This document shows, one piece after another, positions 1 through 9,525 of a stretch of DNA of 64,000 nucleotides. The stretch is taken from NCBI GenBank assembly GCA_036804445.1, contig DAIRSJ010000002.1:2025-66024 (forward strand). The letters run 5' to 3'. The stretch is from Candidatus Egerieousia sp. (GTDB lineage Bacteria > Bacteroidota > Bacteroidia > Bacteroidales > UBA932). The position numbers and the translations under genes are program-made. The notes below the pieces were generated by a model, which saw only the letters and a list, made by a program, of their open reading frames with translations, ran no database searches and was not told where the DNA came from. Each line of letters opens with the position of its first letter. Within the stretch, counting starts at the first letter, position 1.

Positions 1-834
1 AAATATCTTCCCTCTGAAACCAGAGGTTATATTCCAAACTTTGTGGGAGCTCTTTATCTGTTAAATTATTACAATGACTACAACATTGTTCCGGCAAAAG
101 TTTCATTGCCGGCTCACGTAGATACATTCAGAATTCACAAGAATCTTCATTTTGAGCAGATATCAGACAATATCGGAATACCTGTAGAAGAGTTAAGACA
201 GTTAAATCCTCAATATCTGCATGATATAATTCCGGGGTCGGAAGCCGAATATATTCTTAGCCTGCCGTATAATTATACTGTTCCATTTGTAGACAAAGAA
301 CAAGAGATTTACGCATACAAAGACAGCATATTCTTTAACCCTATTGTTTACAACAATTACAAAAAAGCGGAATCAAGCGTAGATGAGGATTCATCCTTTT
401 CCTCCGGCCGAGGCAGCAGCTCATCCAGACAACGGACACTCTATCACAAAATTAGACGCGGAGAGACGCTTAGCGGAATTGCAAGAAAGTATGGAGTTAC
501 CATGTCTCAGCTTAAGAAGTGGAACCACATGAAAAAGAACACATTACAAAGCGGCAAGAGCCTGGTAATCTATAAAGGCGGCGGAAAAGGGAGCGATAAC
601 GGTTCATCTTATGAATCTCATGCAGCATCTGAAGATACATATATTCCGGGCAGCAGAGGCAAGAAAAATACATCAAAGAAAGGCTATTCAAATTATACCG
701 TCAGAAGAGGAGACACCTTGTTCAGTATTGCACGTAAATATGATATGACCCTTAGTGATTTGCTAAGACTCAACGGATTATCTAATAGAAGTAAAATTTA
801 TCCCGGTAGAAAAATCAGAGTGAAAAAAGGATAA
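1..834 (+). CDS. C-terminal part of a LysM-repeat peptidoglycan-binding / lytic transglycosylase-like protein (5' end outside window)
   Basis: The frame is open from base 1. Two LysM-like motifs (YHKIRRGETLSGIARKYGVTMSQLKKWN and YTVRRGDTLFSIARKYDMTLSDLLRLNGL) are separated by Ser/Gly/Lys-rich linkers. Confidence 0.7.
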   Translation, partial: KYLPSETRGYIPNFVGALYLLNYYNDYNIVPAKVSLPAHVDTFRIHKNLHFEQISDNIGIPVEELRQLNPQYLHDIIPGSEAEYILSLPYNYTVPFVDKEQEIYAYKDSIFFNPIVYNNYKKAESSVDEDSSFSSGRGSSSSRQRTLYHKIRRGETLSGIARKYGVTMSQLKKWNHMKKNTLQSGKSLVIYKGGGKGSDNGSSYESHAASEDTYIPGSRGKKNTSKKGYSNYTVRRGDTLFSIARKYDMTLSDLLRLNGLSNRSKIYPGRKIRVKKG

Positions 835-849
835 ACAAACGGCACATCT

Positions 850-2994
850 TCATAAATTAAATCTTATCCCTGCTTTTATATTGAGCAGGGATTTTTTTTC
901 TCCTATCTTGTCGTTTGCAACGCATTTATAATTTTCTCCCAACTTTGCAAACAGCTCCAGCCATTTTGTAACACGTACCTGAGCAGTTGCGTAAAAATTA
1001 AAGCCGCGGCCGTACATCAACGCAGATGTGTACGTCATGGGCAAGTCATATTCAACAGCATACAAACGTCCGCTCCAACTATTTGCAGAATAATAAGTGC
1101 CGCAAAGATTAATAACCAGATGGGCAAATCTAATATTCGGCTGCAAAGCAAAAGCATAACTATTCATACTGTTATACTCCCCTTTTGCACTAAAACTAAA
1201 CCATTTTAAAACTCTGATTTTCACAATGGTCTTTTCTAGAAACACATTAGAAATGCTTGTCGTTTGTAAACGGCTGTAAGACAGGCGCTCGGAGACACTT
1301 AAGCTTCCCTTTAAATACTCAAATTTTACGTACGCTTTAATTGAAGAGGATGCCGAATTAATGTTAAACCTCGCCCACGGATAGTAAACATAATCTGTTC
1401 CAGCAGACATCTTTAAATTTCTAAAAATCCCGCCGTAAATTCTTAATGCGCATCCGTTCTGATTTGAACAAGAGGAAGTTGTTGTATATGCTCCCGCATG
1501 AGGATTTATATAACTCTTTGAATAACTGCGCATTAAAAAATTAATTTTCCATCCTCCGCTAAGTTGTGCGGAGCCTCCGGCCACAACGGCATATCCGGAA
1601 AGTTTTTCCCTGTCGGGAGAACTGTAAGCCGCCTCCCCAAAAATTCTTATCCCTCCGATAACCGCATAGAAATCGGCAGCGCAGTTCCAATGGAAATTAT
1701 CATAAATCTGATATCTGTTATAATCTTTTACACTTCTTCCGTTAATCTTATCATAACTGTAGCCGGCAAAAGAGACACCTATCTTAATTTTATTAAACAA
1801 AGCCGTAAGGTACGCTCCTGCAACTGTCTCATGCATTGTACCTTTTGTCCGCATTAAAGATTCAGAATCATGTACTCCACCGGAGATTAATGAAGTATAA
1901 CTTTTACCGTCCGTAGAAAGCCTTGCATCAATACCTTTGTATGAACCAAGAAGAGAAAACGTTAATCTGCCACATGAAATTTGAGCAGCCGCCCCGCGTA
2001 AAAAATTGTTCTCATCCGATGATGTGTAGGGAGAGACAACCTCTCCTCTTTTATAAAAACCGTATGCCTCCTCAGCCCCCTGCAAATTAAATGAATTCCA
2101 AAGAGTTAATCCCTGCCCAAATCTTGCGGAAAAATCTCCCGTAATTAAATTATCTATTGTAAAAGTTCTAAGTTCTGCAACATCTGTCCCTGAATTATTT
2201 TTCTTTAAACTATCGGCATCTGACACCTTATTCCTTCTTGTAAAATTCATATTGCGCAAAGCAATGCTGAATGAAATAAAATCTCCGCACGGAATTCTGT
2301 TTTTTTCAACCGCGGGTTCACCGGCATCCTTCTCAATTAAAAAAGCCGCCTCCACTTTGTTCAGCCATACCGTTCTGTATCTCAACTGAATATAATCCGG
2401 CGTTCCAAATGATTTTTTTGAATCTGTTGTATTTCCCGACAGCTGTACTTTCCTGGAATATTTGGAATATATTGTAGTGCTGCAGTCTTTAAAAAAATTC
2501 CCCGGCTGCAAACCCGCCTCACCAAAGTAAACAAAAGGACGTAAGAGATTGACAACCTCTTCATCGAATCCGTTAAGCAACGAGAGTTCCGGATAAGATA
2601 TGACGGCCCCGTGGAGTTTTATATACTCCAGCAAAACCGTTATCTGAAAATCAGTAAGAATTATAAGCCTCTGCAAATCAGCGCGGGAAGCATTATTAAT
2701 ATTAAGAGGCGAGCGTAAAAGTTTTTCAAAATGCTCCATTATTTCCTCGACATTTGAATCTGAAAAACCGGTAGCTCCACCCGCTTCCGCATTTGTCCCC
2801 GCTGCTTCCGACGCCCCGTCCAAATTGCGATTACAATAATAATCAACTATTTGCTCAATAATTTTTTCTTTCCCGTCTCTCATCAGCAGTTGAGGCAACT
2901 CCTTTACAGTCTGGGAAAACAAGACTGTCGGAAGACAAAAAATAATAACGGCAATTAACAATACACACCTGCTCCGCAAGCCTGGACTTTTCAT
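850..2994 (-). CDS. Secreted helix-hairpin-helix (ComEA-like) domain protein with a large beta-rich C-terminal domain
   Basis: 714 aa with an N-terminal signal-like segment. The HhH region is NINNASRADLQRLIILTDFQITVLLEYIKLHGAVISYPELSLLNGF. The following ~550 aa are rich in alternating aromatic/Gly/Ser and end in ...KAGIRFNL, which looks barrel-like. Confidence 0.6.
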   Translation of the reverse strand: MKSPGLRSRCVLLIAVIIFCLPTVLFSQTVKELPQLLMRDGKEKIIEQIVDYYCNRNLDGASEAAGTNAEAGGATGFSDSNVEEIMEHFEKLLRSPLNINNASRADLQRLIILTDFQITVLLEYIKLHGAVISYPELSLLNGFDEEVVNLLRPFVYFGEAGLQPGNFFKDCSTTIYSKYSRKVQLSGNTTDSKKSFGTPDYIQLRYRTVWLNKVEAAFLIEKDAGEPAVEKNRIPCGDFISFSIALRNMNFTRRNKVSDADSLKKNNSGTDVAELRTFTIDNLITGDFSARFGQGLTLWNSFNLQGAEEAYGFYKRGEVVSPYTSSDENNFLRGAAAQISCGRLTFSLLGSYKGIDARLSTDGKSYTSLISGGVHDSESLMRTKGTMHETVAGAYLTALFNKIKIGVSFAGYSYDKINGRSVKDYNRYQIYDNFHWNCAADFYAVIGGIRIFGEAAYSSPDREKLSGYAVVAGGSAQLSGGWKINFLMRSYSKSYINPHAGAYTTTSSCSNQNGCALRIYGGIFRNLKMSAGTDYVYYPWARFNINSASSSIKAYVKFEYLKGSLSVSERLSYSRLQTTSISNVFLEKTIVKIRVLKWFSFSAKGEYNSMNSYAFALQPNIRFAHLVINLCGTYYSANSWSGRLYAVEYDLPMTYTSALMYGRGFNFYATAQVRVTKWLELFAKLGENYKCVANDKIGEKKSLLNIKAGIRFNL
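866..899 (+). terminator. Intrinsic terminator after the LysM gene
   Basis: A 9-bp stem (ATCCCTGCT / AGCAGGGAT) with a 9-nt loop is followed by T8. It overlaps the last codons of the convergent minus-strand gene. Confidence 0.7.
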
Positions 2995-3097
2995 AATTAT
3001 ACCTCCTGCATTCTATCTGACGGGAGACAAAAATAGCTCGCCATTTCAGCAATAGCGAGCCATAAAACGTATTTATCCGGACAATTAGAGAAATTGA

Positions 3098-3610
3098 CTA
3101 ATTTGTCTTAAACTTATACTTTACCTCTTTAAGTTCTGCATTTGCCTTTGCAATTTTTCCGGCAAGATCAGCCTTAAATTTTTCAAATTTCATAAACAGG
3201 TCTGCGTCCGACTGAGCTAAAATCTGTACGGCAAAGATGGCCGCATTTTTTGCACCGTCAACAGCCATTGTAGCAACAGGGATCCCGGACGGCATTTGTA
3301 AGATTGACAGTATTGAATCTATCCCGTGTATAGAATTTGAGGAATTAATGGGTACGCCTATCACGGGAAGAGGCGTGCTTGCCGCTATAACTCCCGGAAG
3401 ATGAGCAGCTCCGCCCGCACCGGCAATTATCACTTTAATTCCTCTCTTGTGAGCGTTCTTTGCAAAGTCAGCAACCATATCGGGCACCCTGTGTGCAGAA
3501 AGAGCGTTAATCTCAAAAGGAACTTCCATTTCATCAAGATATTCAGCAGCTTTCTCCATGATTTTTAAATCAGATGTGCTGCCCATAATAATACTTACAA
3601 GAGGTTTCAT
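3098..3610 (-). CDS. purE: N5-carboxyaminoimidazole ribonucleotide mutase
   Basis: 170 aa. Matches PurE motifs: [22 protein letters not shown] and PVIGVP. Confidence 0.9.
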   Translation of the reverse strand: MKPLVSIIMGSTSDLKIMEKAAEYLDEMEVPFEINALSAHRVPDMVADFAKNAHKRGIKVIIAGAGGAAHLPGVIAASTPLPVIGVPINSSNSIHGIDSILSILQMPSGIPVATMAVDGAKNAAIFAVQILAQSDADLFMKFEKFKADLAGKIAKANAELKEVKYKFKTN

Positions 3611-3717
3611 ATTTTATATATTTTTGCAAAGGTACATTTTTACTATTTATTTGAGTATTTTTGTGAGCAGGCCGCGGTTATCCTGCGGTACACCCTGTAA
3701 TCAAAAAAATAAACAAT

Positions 3718-4293
3718 ATGAAAAGAGTTCAACTGTATGACAAATGCTTCAAATTGTATCTGCCGTACTCTAAAATTCAAAAAGCAATTGATAAAGTTGC
3801 AGAGAAAATAAATGAAGATTTAAAGAATGTCGACACCCCTATTTTCTTGGGCGTTTTAACCGGCTCGTTTATGTTCACTGCAGACCTTATGAAGAGGATA
3901 AATTTTCCCTGCGATATTGTATTTATACGCCTGGCTTCTTATAACGGCACTTCTACCACCGGTGAGGTAAAACAGATTATGGGATTAACTAAAAGCGTTA
4001 AAGATAAGACTGTCATAGTTGTTGAGGATGTGGTTGACACGGGCTGCACGATTATGGAAATGGATAAAATTTTAAGAGACTCCGGAGCAAAAGACATTAA
4101 AGTTTGCACATTGCTCTATAAACCGGGCTCATATAAAGGCAACGTAAAAATAGATTATCACGCAATGGAAATACCCAATGATTTTATTGTTGGCTTTGGT
4201 CTGGATTACAATCAGATGGGAAGACAGTACAAAGACATCTATGTGCTTGATGAAGCGGAGACTCAAAAACGTTTGCTGATAAACAAGAAGTAA
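3718..4293 (+). CDS. hpt: Hypoxanthine phosphoribosyltransferase
   Basis: 191 aa with the PRPP-binding loop VIVVEDVVDTGCT and typical HPRT length. Confidence 0.85.
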   Translation: MKRVQLYDKCFKLYLPYSKIQKAIDKVAEKINEDLKNVDTPIFLGVLTGSFMFTADLMKRINFPCDIVFIRLASYNGTSTTGEVKQIMGLTKSVKDKTVIVVEDVVDTGCTIMEMDKILRDSGAKDIKVCTLLYKPGSYKGNVKIDYHAMEIPNDFIVGFGLDYNQMGRQYKDIYVLDEAETQKRLLINKK

Positions 4294-4311
4294 TATCTGT
4301 CGCGACAGATA
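4294..4311. repeat. Perfect 18-bp palindrome TATCTGTCGCGACAGATA (core TCTGTCGCGACAGA), copy 1 of 3
   Basis: Read directly. It starts immediately after the hpt stop codon and ends 30 nt before the adk ATG. It is followed by an A/T tract (AAAAAATTTAAAA). Confidence 0.9.
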
Positions 4312-4341
4312 ATGCAAAAAATTTAAAATAAAATAATTATT

Positions 4342-4905
4342 ATGAACTATTACATTTTATTCGGCCCTCCGGGAGCAGGTAAGGGAACACAGGCAAAAAA
4401 AATGGTTGAGAAGTTTAACCTTAAACACGTGTCAACCGGAGATTTGCTTAGGACTGAGATGGCCAACAAAACAGAACTCGGTCTTAAGGCAAAAACATTG
4501 ATTGAGGCCGGAAATCTTGTTCCGGATGAGGTTGTAGTTGGAATGATAAAGAATGTATTTGCCAATAATTCAGATGTTAAGGGCTTTATTTTGGACGGCT
4601 TTCCCCGCACAATTGCTCAGGCGGAAATGCTGGATAAAATTCTGGAGGGAATGAAAGCGGAAATTACAAAAGTGATATCCCTTAAGATTCAGGACAAAAC
4701 AATCGGAGATAGAATAAAGTACCGCGCAGAAATTGAGGGACGCAAGGATGACGCTGACCCTAAGACTATTCAGAACAGAATAAATACTTACCACAAACAG
4801 ACAGAACCATTAATCGGCTACTATAAAGAGAGAGGCAAGTATCTTGAGATAGATGGGGAAAAGTCTATAGATGAGATATTTGACATTATTTCCGGGAAGA
4901 TGTAG
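4342..4905 (+). CDS. adk: Adenylate kinase (short-lid type)
   Basis: 187 aa with P-loop GPPGAGKGTQ, STGDLLR and DGFPRT motifs. Confidence 0.95.
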   Translation: MNYYILFGPPGAGKGTQAKKMVEKFNLKHVSTGDLLRTEMANKTELGLKAKTLIEAGNLVPDEVVVGMIKNVFANNSDVKGFILDGFPRTIAQAEMLDKILEGMKAEITKVISLKIQDKTIGDRIKYRAEIEGRKDDADPKTIQNRINTYHKQTEPLIGYYKERGKYLEIDGEKSIDEIFDIISGKM

Positions 4906-4971
4906 CCGGAATTAATCGTATAAATAGCAAGTACTATTAATTATAAAAATTAACCGTCGGGAGAATAAATT

Positions 4972-5964
4972 ATGCCTAATACAGATTTTGTAGATTATGT
5001 AAAGCTTCACCTCACTTCAGGCGCAGGCGGATCTGGCTCAATGCATTTCCGCAGAGAAAAATTTGTAGAGAAGGGCGGTCCGGACGGCGGAAACGGCGGA
5101 AAGGGAGGCAGCGTAATTATGAGGGGAGACCATCAGCAATGGACGCTTATTAACCTTAAGTACAGAAAACACATTGCCGCGGATAATGGTGGAAACGGAA
5201 GCGGGGCTCTTTGTACAGGAGCTGATGCTCAGGATGTTATATTGAACGTTCCGCTTGGCACCGTTGCAAAAAATGCTGAAACCGGAAAGGTTATAGGAGA
5301 GATTACAGTGGACGGAGAAGAGGTTGTTATTCTTCCCGGCGGACGCGGAGGAATGGGAAATACATTTTTTAAAACCGCAACGCGTCAAACGCCAAGATTC
5401 TCTCAGCCCGGAGAGCCGGGGCAGGAAGGATGGTTTATCCTGGAACTTAAGATATTGGCAGATGTCGGACTTGTAGGTTTTCCTAATGCGGGAAAGTCAA
5501 CTTTGCTCTCTGCAATATCTGCCGCACATCCAAAAATCGCAGACTACCCGTTCACCACTTTGGAGCCAAGCATTGGAATTGTAAAATATTATGATGAAAA
5601 ATCTTTTGTTATGGCGGACATTCCCGGAATCATTGAAGGGGCTCATGAGGGAAAAGGATTGGGATACAGATTTTTGCGCCATATAGAGAGAAATTCCATT
5701 TTGCTTTTTATGGTATCTGCGGAGAATCTGGATGTCTCCAAGGAATATAAGATTTTGCTGAATGAGCTTAAGGAATACAACCCTCAGTTGCTTGACAAAG
5801 AGCGTATTCTGGCTGTAACAAAATGCGATTTGCTGGACAGTGAACTGGAAAAAGAGATTAAAAAACACATGCCTAAAAAAGTGCCTTACGTTTTTATCTC
5901 TTCCGTTACCGGAGAAGGTCTTAAAGCACTTAAAGATATCATATGGGAGTCTTTGCAGAAATAA
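4972..5964 (+). CDS. obg: GTPase Obg/CgtA
   Basis: 330 aa. The Gly-rich Obg fold (GGxGGxGG repeats) is followed by G-domain motifs GFPNAGKST, DIPGIIEGA and TKCD. Confidence 0.9.
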   Translation: MPNTDFVDYVKLHLTSGAGGSGSMHFRREKFVEKGGPDGGNGGKGGSVIMRGDHQQWTLINLKYRKHIAADNGGNGSGALCTGADAQDVILNVPLGTVAKNAETGKVIGEITVDGEEVVILPGGRGGMGNTFFKTATRQTPRFSQPGEPGQEGWFILELKILADVGLVGFPNAGKSTLLSAISAAHPKIADYPFTTLEPSIGIVKYYDEKSFVMADIPGIIEGAHEGKGLGYRFLRHIERNSILLFMVSAENLDVSKEYKILLNELKEYNPQLLDKERILAVTKCDLLDSELEKEIKKHMPKKVPYVFISSVTGEGLKALKDIIWESLQK

Positions 5965-6015
5965 AATAATGACGACTAGCGTATCGCCGTAAAAATTTTA
6001 CAGGAGCGTTAAAAC

Positions 6016-6627
6016 ATGTTAAAGCTTGATAAACAATTGTTTCTATTAATCAACGGAGCGCATGCCCCGTGGCTTGACGCCGTGATGACATTTGTTACCA
6101 GTGCTTATACATGGATCCCTTTCTATGTGCTGCTGTTTGTCTACATAATAATAAAAAAAGAATACAACTTAGGCAATCCGTTTAAAAAGGGAGACGGCAC
6201 CCGGAATGATGTTATAGTTGCAGGAGGCTGGAAGATTGCCGTCTTTATTCTAGCCGCAACGCTCCTTACATTTCTGCTGACAGACCAGATTTCCGCCGGC
6301 GTAATTAAGCCTTTATTTCACAGATTAAGGCCAAGCCATGACCCTGCTACAGAGAACATTGCACGGTTCATTACAGGACGCGGAGGCATGTACGGATTTG
6401 TTTCCAACCACGCAGCAAATTTCTTTGGACTCGCAGCAATAACAACTCTTTTTATCAGAAAAAAGTGGTACACGTGGATTATATTTTTCACAGCAACACT
6501 TGTAAGCTATAGCAGAATTTATGTTGGAAAACATTTCCCCGGAGATGTAATTTGCGGTGCAATTCTTGGCTACGCCATTGGGCTTGGGATATATTTTCTG
6601 GCTAGAAAAATTTATTTAAAACACTGA
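6016..6627 (+). CDS. PAP2-family membrane phosphatase
   Basis: Multi-TM protein with PAP2 motifs KPLFHRLRP, SNH and SRIYVGKHFPGD. Confidence 0.75.
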   Translation: MLKLDKQLFLLINGAHAPWLDAVMTFVTSAYTWIPFYVLLFVYIIIKKEYNLGNPFKKGDGTRNDVIVAGGWKIAVFILAATLLTFLLTDQISAGVIKPLFHRLRPSHDPATENIARFITGRGGMYGFVSNHAANFFGLAAITTLFIRKKWYTWIIFFTATLVSYSRIYVGKHFPGDVICGAILGYAIGLGIYFLARKIYLKH

Positions 6628-6631
6628 ATCA

Positions 6632-7684
6632 ATGCTTTTCATATCGGACACTTCAACGGATCCTTACAGAAACCTTGCGGAAGAGGAATATCTTCTTAAG
6701 TATAAATCGGAACCTATCTTCAGACTTTGGAGAAATGATAACGCAATAGTTGTTGGAAAGTATCAAAACGCGCTGGCTGAAATCAATGTCGATTATGTAA
6801 AAGAACATAACATTAAAGTTGTAAGAAGACTTACAGGCGGCGGAGCGGTTTTCCATGATTTGGGGAATATTAATTTTACTTTTATTCAGGAGAGGAATCC
6901 AAAAGAAGATACAGGAGAGATGTTCCGCAAGTATACGGTTCCTATCTTGGAAGCACTTAATTCTCTGGGAATTAAAGCATATCTGGAGGGAAGAAATGAT
7001 TTGCTGATAGACGGAAAGAAATTCTCCGGCAATGCCGTTTGCATCTGGAATAACAGGGCACTGAAACACGGAACTTTGCTGTTTGATTCCTCAATGAACG
7101 GAATCTCCGCGGCATTAAAAAGCAGGCCGGAAAAATTCATTGGCAAAGCGGTACAATCTAACCGGAGCAGAGTGACAAACATTAAGGAACATCTTGTTAA
7201 TCCCGACAGATTATCTTCATCAGATGCAATTTCTGCGCAAGACCTTGTCATACCGCATAATCCGGATGTGTTGTGGTTTAAAGATTTCCTTGGAGACTAT
7301 GTCTGCAAACACTGGGAGGGGAAAGATAGTGCGGTAAAATATGAACTGAGCAAGGCGGAAAATGAGGCTATCGAGACGCTTAAAAATATTAAGTACTCAA
7401 AAGATTACTGGAACTACGGCAACTCTCCTGAATATAGTCTGAGCAACATAAGAAAATTTCCCGGAGGAATTCTGGAATTCTACTTCACTGTAAATGACGG
7501 TATTATATCGGATCTGAATATAAGGGGAGATTATTTTTTCACGGCGCAGACAGAGGATTTCATCAAAAAAATGATTGGAACCGTTCATACCAAAGAGGCT
7601 ATTACAAAAAAAGTAAGCACCTTAAATATAGATGCTTACTTTGCCAATATAACTTCTGATGATATTGTGAACATGTTTTTTTAA
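6632..7684 (+). CDS. lplA: Lipoate-protein ligase A
   Basis: 350 aa with RRLTGGGAVFHDLGNINFTF and the KFSGNA lysine motif typical of LplA. Confidence 0.8.
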   Translation: MLFISDTSTDPYRNLAEEEYLLKYKSEPIFRLWRNDNAIVVGKYQNALAEINVDYVKEHNIKVVRRLTGGGAVFHDLGNINFTFIQERNPKEDTGEMFRKYTVPILEALNSLGIKAYLEGRNDLLIDGKKFSGNAVCIWNNRALKHGTLLFDSSMNGISAALKSRPEKFIGKAVQSNRSRVTNIKEHLVNPDRLSSSDAISAQDLVIPHNPDVLWFKDFLGDYVCKHWEGKDSAVKYELSKAENEAIETLKNIKYSKDYWNYGNSPEYSLSNIRKFPGGILEFYFTVNDGIISDLNIRGDYFFTAQTEDFIKKMIGTVHTKEAITKKVSTLNIDAYFANITSDDIVNMFF

Positions 7685-7784
7685 GAGACCTCAACCGCTC
7701 CATGCGGAACTTACCATTGATGCAAACATCCCTTTGCAATGCGCAACGCTTTGCCGCACCCAACTTCCGCAAACACGTTCACTG

Positions 7785-8078
7785 CTACTTGCCGAATTTC
7801 TTTTCCTTCATCTTAACCAGCTGTCCTTTTAAGACATCCGTGCAGTCAACAACTGCATCCTCAAAACTTTTAGCTTTCCTAGTAACATAAATATCGTCCC
7901 CCGGAACCTGCAACCTGATTTTTACCTCTTTGTTAAGTTCATCTGGAAGCAGTGAAAGAGTAACATCCGCCTTTAAAAATCCGTCAAAGAATTTTGAAAG
8001 CTTGTCAACTTTCTTGTTCACGAACGCCAATAATTTTTCATCGGCATCAAATTTCACAGATTGTACTCTGATATCCAT
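7785..8078 (-). CDS. hpf: Ribosome hibernation factor (HPF/RaiA family, short form)
   Basis: 97 aa. MDIRVQSVKFDADEKLLAFVNKKVDKL... matches the sigma-54 modulation/S30EA family pattern. Confidence 0.8.
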   Translation of the reverse strand: MDIRVQSVKFDADEKLLAFVNKKVDKLSKFFDGFLKADVTLSLLPDELNKEVKIRLQVPGDDIYVTRKAKSFEDAVVDCTDVLKGQLVKMKEKKFGK

Positions 8079-8081
8079 AAA

Positions 8082-9017
8082 TCAACCTCCTTTTTTTGCT
8101 CTTGGATGAGCAGTTAAATATACTTTTTTTAACTGTTCAAAAGAGTTATGCGTATAGACTTGTGTTGCAGCCAGCGACGAATGCCCGAGGACCTCCTTAA
8201 TGCTGTTGAGGTCAGCGCCGTTGTTAAGCAGCGCGGTAGCAAAAGAATGCCTCAGCACGTGCGGCGATTTCTTTCCGCTAAACCCTTTCAAACCTGTCAA
8301 TTCTTTCTTTACTACATCATTAACAAACTTAAGGTAAATTTCACCGCCTTTGTTTGTCAAGAAAAAAGCATCAGTTTCACAATGAGGAAAGGTCTTATTT
8401 CTTAATTGTAAATATACTAAAAGATTCTCTAAAAGAGAAGGGATTACGGGAATCTCCCGTTCCTTATTGCCTTTTCCGACAATTTTAAATATACTGCGGC
8501 TGATATCCAGATTCCCCGTAGTTAATCCTGCCACTTCAGCCCGCCTCATACCCGTATCGTAAATCAGCATCACAATAGTCCTGTCTCTTAACGCCTCATA
8601 ATTGTCACCTAAAATAGGTCTCTTCAAATATCCGGCCACGGCGTCCTGCGTGTAAAATTCAGGCAGCCGCTTTTTCTCTTTAGGTCTGAAAATTTCCTTC
8701 ACGGGATTACTCTGCAAAACATTCTGTTTCAGCAGATAATTACAATAAGTACTTAGACCGCTTAACATTAAATTTATTGTCTCCGGGTTAAGCCCCTTCT
8801 CCATACCGTCCGCCACAAAACCGCGCAGGTTCAAAGGCGTAAGCAGCTTAAGCCGCTCCTCCTCCGTACCAGGCATCTCAGTTCCGGAGTCCTTTAAACT
8901 GTCGCGATACATATACTCATAAAATCGCTTAATAGTCTCTTTATAAAGAGATTGCGTCCGCGGAGAATACCGCTTCCGCACCCTGAGAAAATCTATAAAA
9001 TCTTCCGCCCTGCCCAT
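8082..9017 (-). CDS. Tyrosine site-specific recombinase, XerC/XerD-like
   Basis: 311 aa with catalytic signature RRAE...HVLRHSFAT...LGHSSLAATQVYTH. It sits between rpsU and hpf with no flanking repeats. Confidence 0.8.
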   Translation of the reverse strand: MGRAEDFIDFLRVRKRYSPRTQSLYKETIKRFYEYMYRDSLKDSGTEMPGTEEERLKLLTPLNLRGFVADGMEKGLNPETINLMLSGLSTYCNYLLKQNVLQSNPVKEIFRPKEKKRLPEFYTQDAVAGYLKRPILGDNYEALRDRTIVMLIYDTGMRRAEVAGLTTGNLDISRSIFKIVGKGNKEREIPVIPSLLENLLVYLQLRNKTFPHCETDAFFLTNKGGEIYLKFVNDVVKKELTGLKGFSGKKSPHVLRHSFATALLNNGADLNSIKEVLGHSSLAATQVYTHNSFEQLKKVYLTAHPRAKKGG

Positions 9018-9121
9018 TGCTCATTTGCTTACTTTCTCAAAGGTAACCATTTTTTGCATGCCAAATACAACCTCTGTGACGAGCAGCAAAACGGTAAACC
9101 CGCCCCTCAGGCACGGGTATA

Positions 9122-9150
9122 AGAAATAAAAAAGCCGGCAAAACCGGCTT
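9122..9150 (-). terminator. Intrinsic terminator after rpsU
   Basis: Stem AGCCGG/CCGGCT with a 4-nt loop. On the minus strand it is followed by TTTTTTATTT. Confidence 0.65.
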
Positions 9151-9154
9151 TTAA

Positions 9155-9346
9155 CTATTCTTCACTAATCTGAAGGTGCTTAACGTAGATTGCTTTTTTA
9201 ATCTCGTCACGTCTCTTGACGGACGGTTTCTCAAAAGTCTTTCTCCCGCGAAGTTCGCGAATGACTCCTGTCTTCTCAAATTTACGCTTGAATTTCTTCA
9301 ATGCTCTCTCTATGTTCTCTCCGTCCTTAATTGGTACAATAATCAT
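9155..9346 (-). CDS. rpsU: 30S ribosomal protein S21
   Basis: 63 aa starting MIIVPIKDGENIERALKKFKRKFEKTG. The longer tracked ORF (to 9505) is an upstream extension that would swallow the promoter. Confidence 0.9.
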   Translation of the reverse strand: MIIVPIKDGENIERALKKFKRKFEKTGVIRELRGRKTFEKPSVKRRDEIKKAIYVKHLQISEE

Positions 9347-9400
9347 TAAATGTTGCCACCTCCTTTTGATGAGCCGTACCGGCTGCTTTTTATAGGGCTG

Positions 9401-9431
9401 CAAAAGTAGGTAAAAATTGCTTGTACACAAA
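9401..9431 (-). promoter_or_regulatory. Bacteroidota-type promoter for rpsU (-33 TTTG, 19-nt spacer, -7 TACTTTTG)
   Basis: The reverse complement of 9401-9408 is TACTTTTG (TAnnTTTG consensus). The reverse complement of 9428-9431 is TTTG, which gives a 19-nt spacer. Confidence 0.55.
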
Positions 9432-9451
9432 ATTTTGGAGAAGATTTTTGT

Positions 9452-9459
9452 TACCTTTG
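9452..9459 (+). promoter_or_regulatory. Candidate -7 box (TACCTTTG) for mutAB
   Basis: Matches TAnnTTTG 67 nt upstream of the mutA ATG. The nearest upstream TTTG gives a short 14-nt spacer, so support is weak. Confidence 0.35.
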
Positions 9460-9525
9460 TCAGATGCCCGGCAATAAAAATTCCGGGTAAAATTACACCA
9501 ATCAAAAACTAACAGTTAAATAAAT

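Noticed and set aside
8082-9017. Tyrosine recombinase as a marker of an integrated mobile element
   Set aside because: It sits in an rpsU / recombinase / hpf housekeeping context. I saw no flanking direct repeats, tRNA target or cargo genes, so a chromosomal Xer-type recombinase is more likely.
9347-9505. N-terminal extension of the rpsU ORF (116 aa in the track)
   Set aside because: S21 is about 60-70 aa. The conserved sequence starts at MIIVPIKDGE (9346). The extension would include a good -33/-7 promoter (9401-9431).
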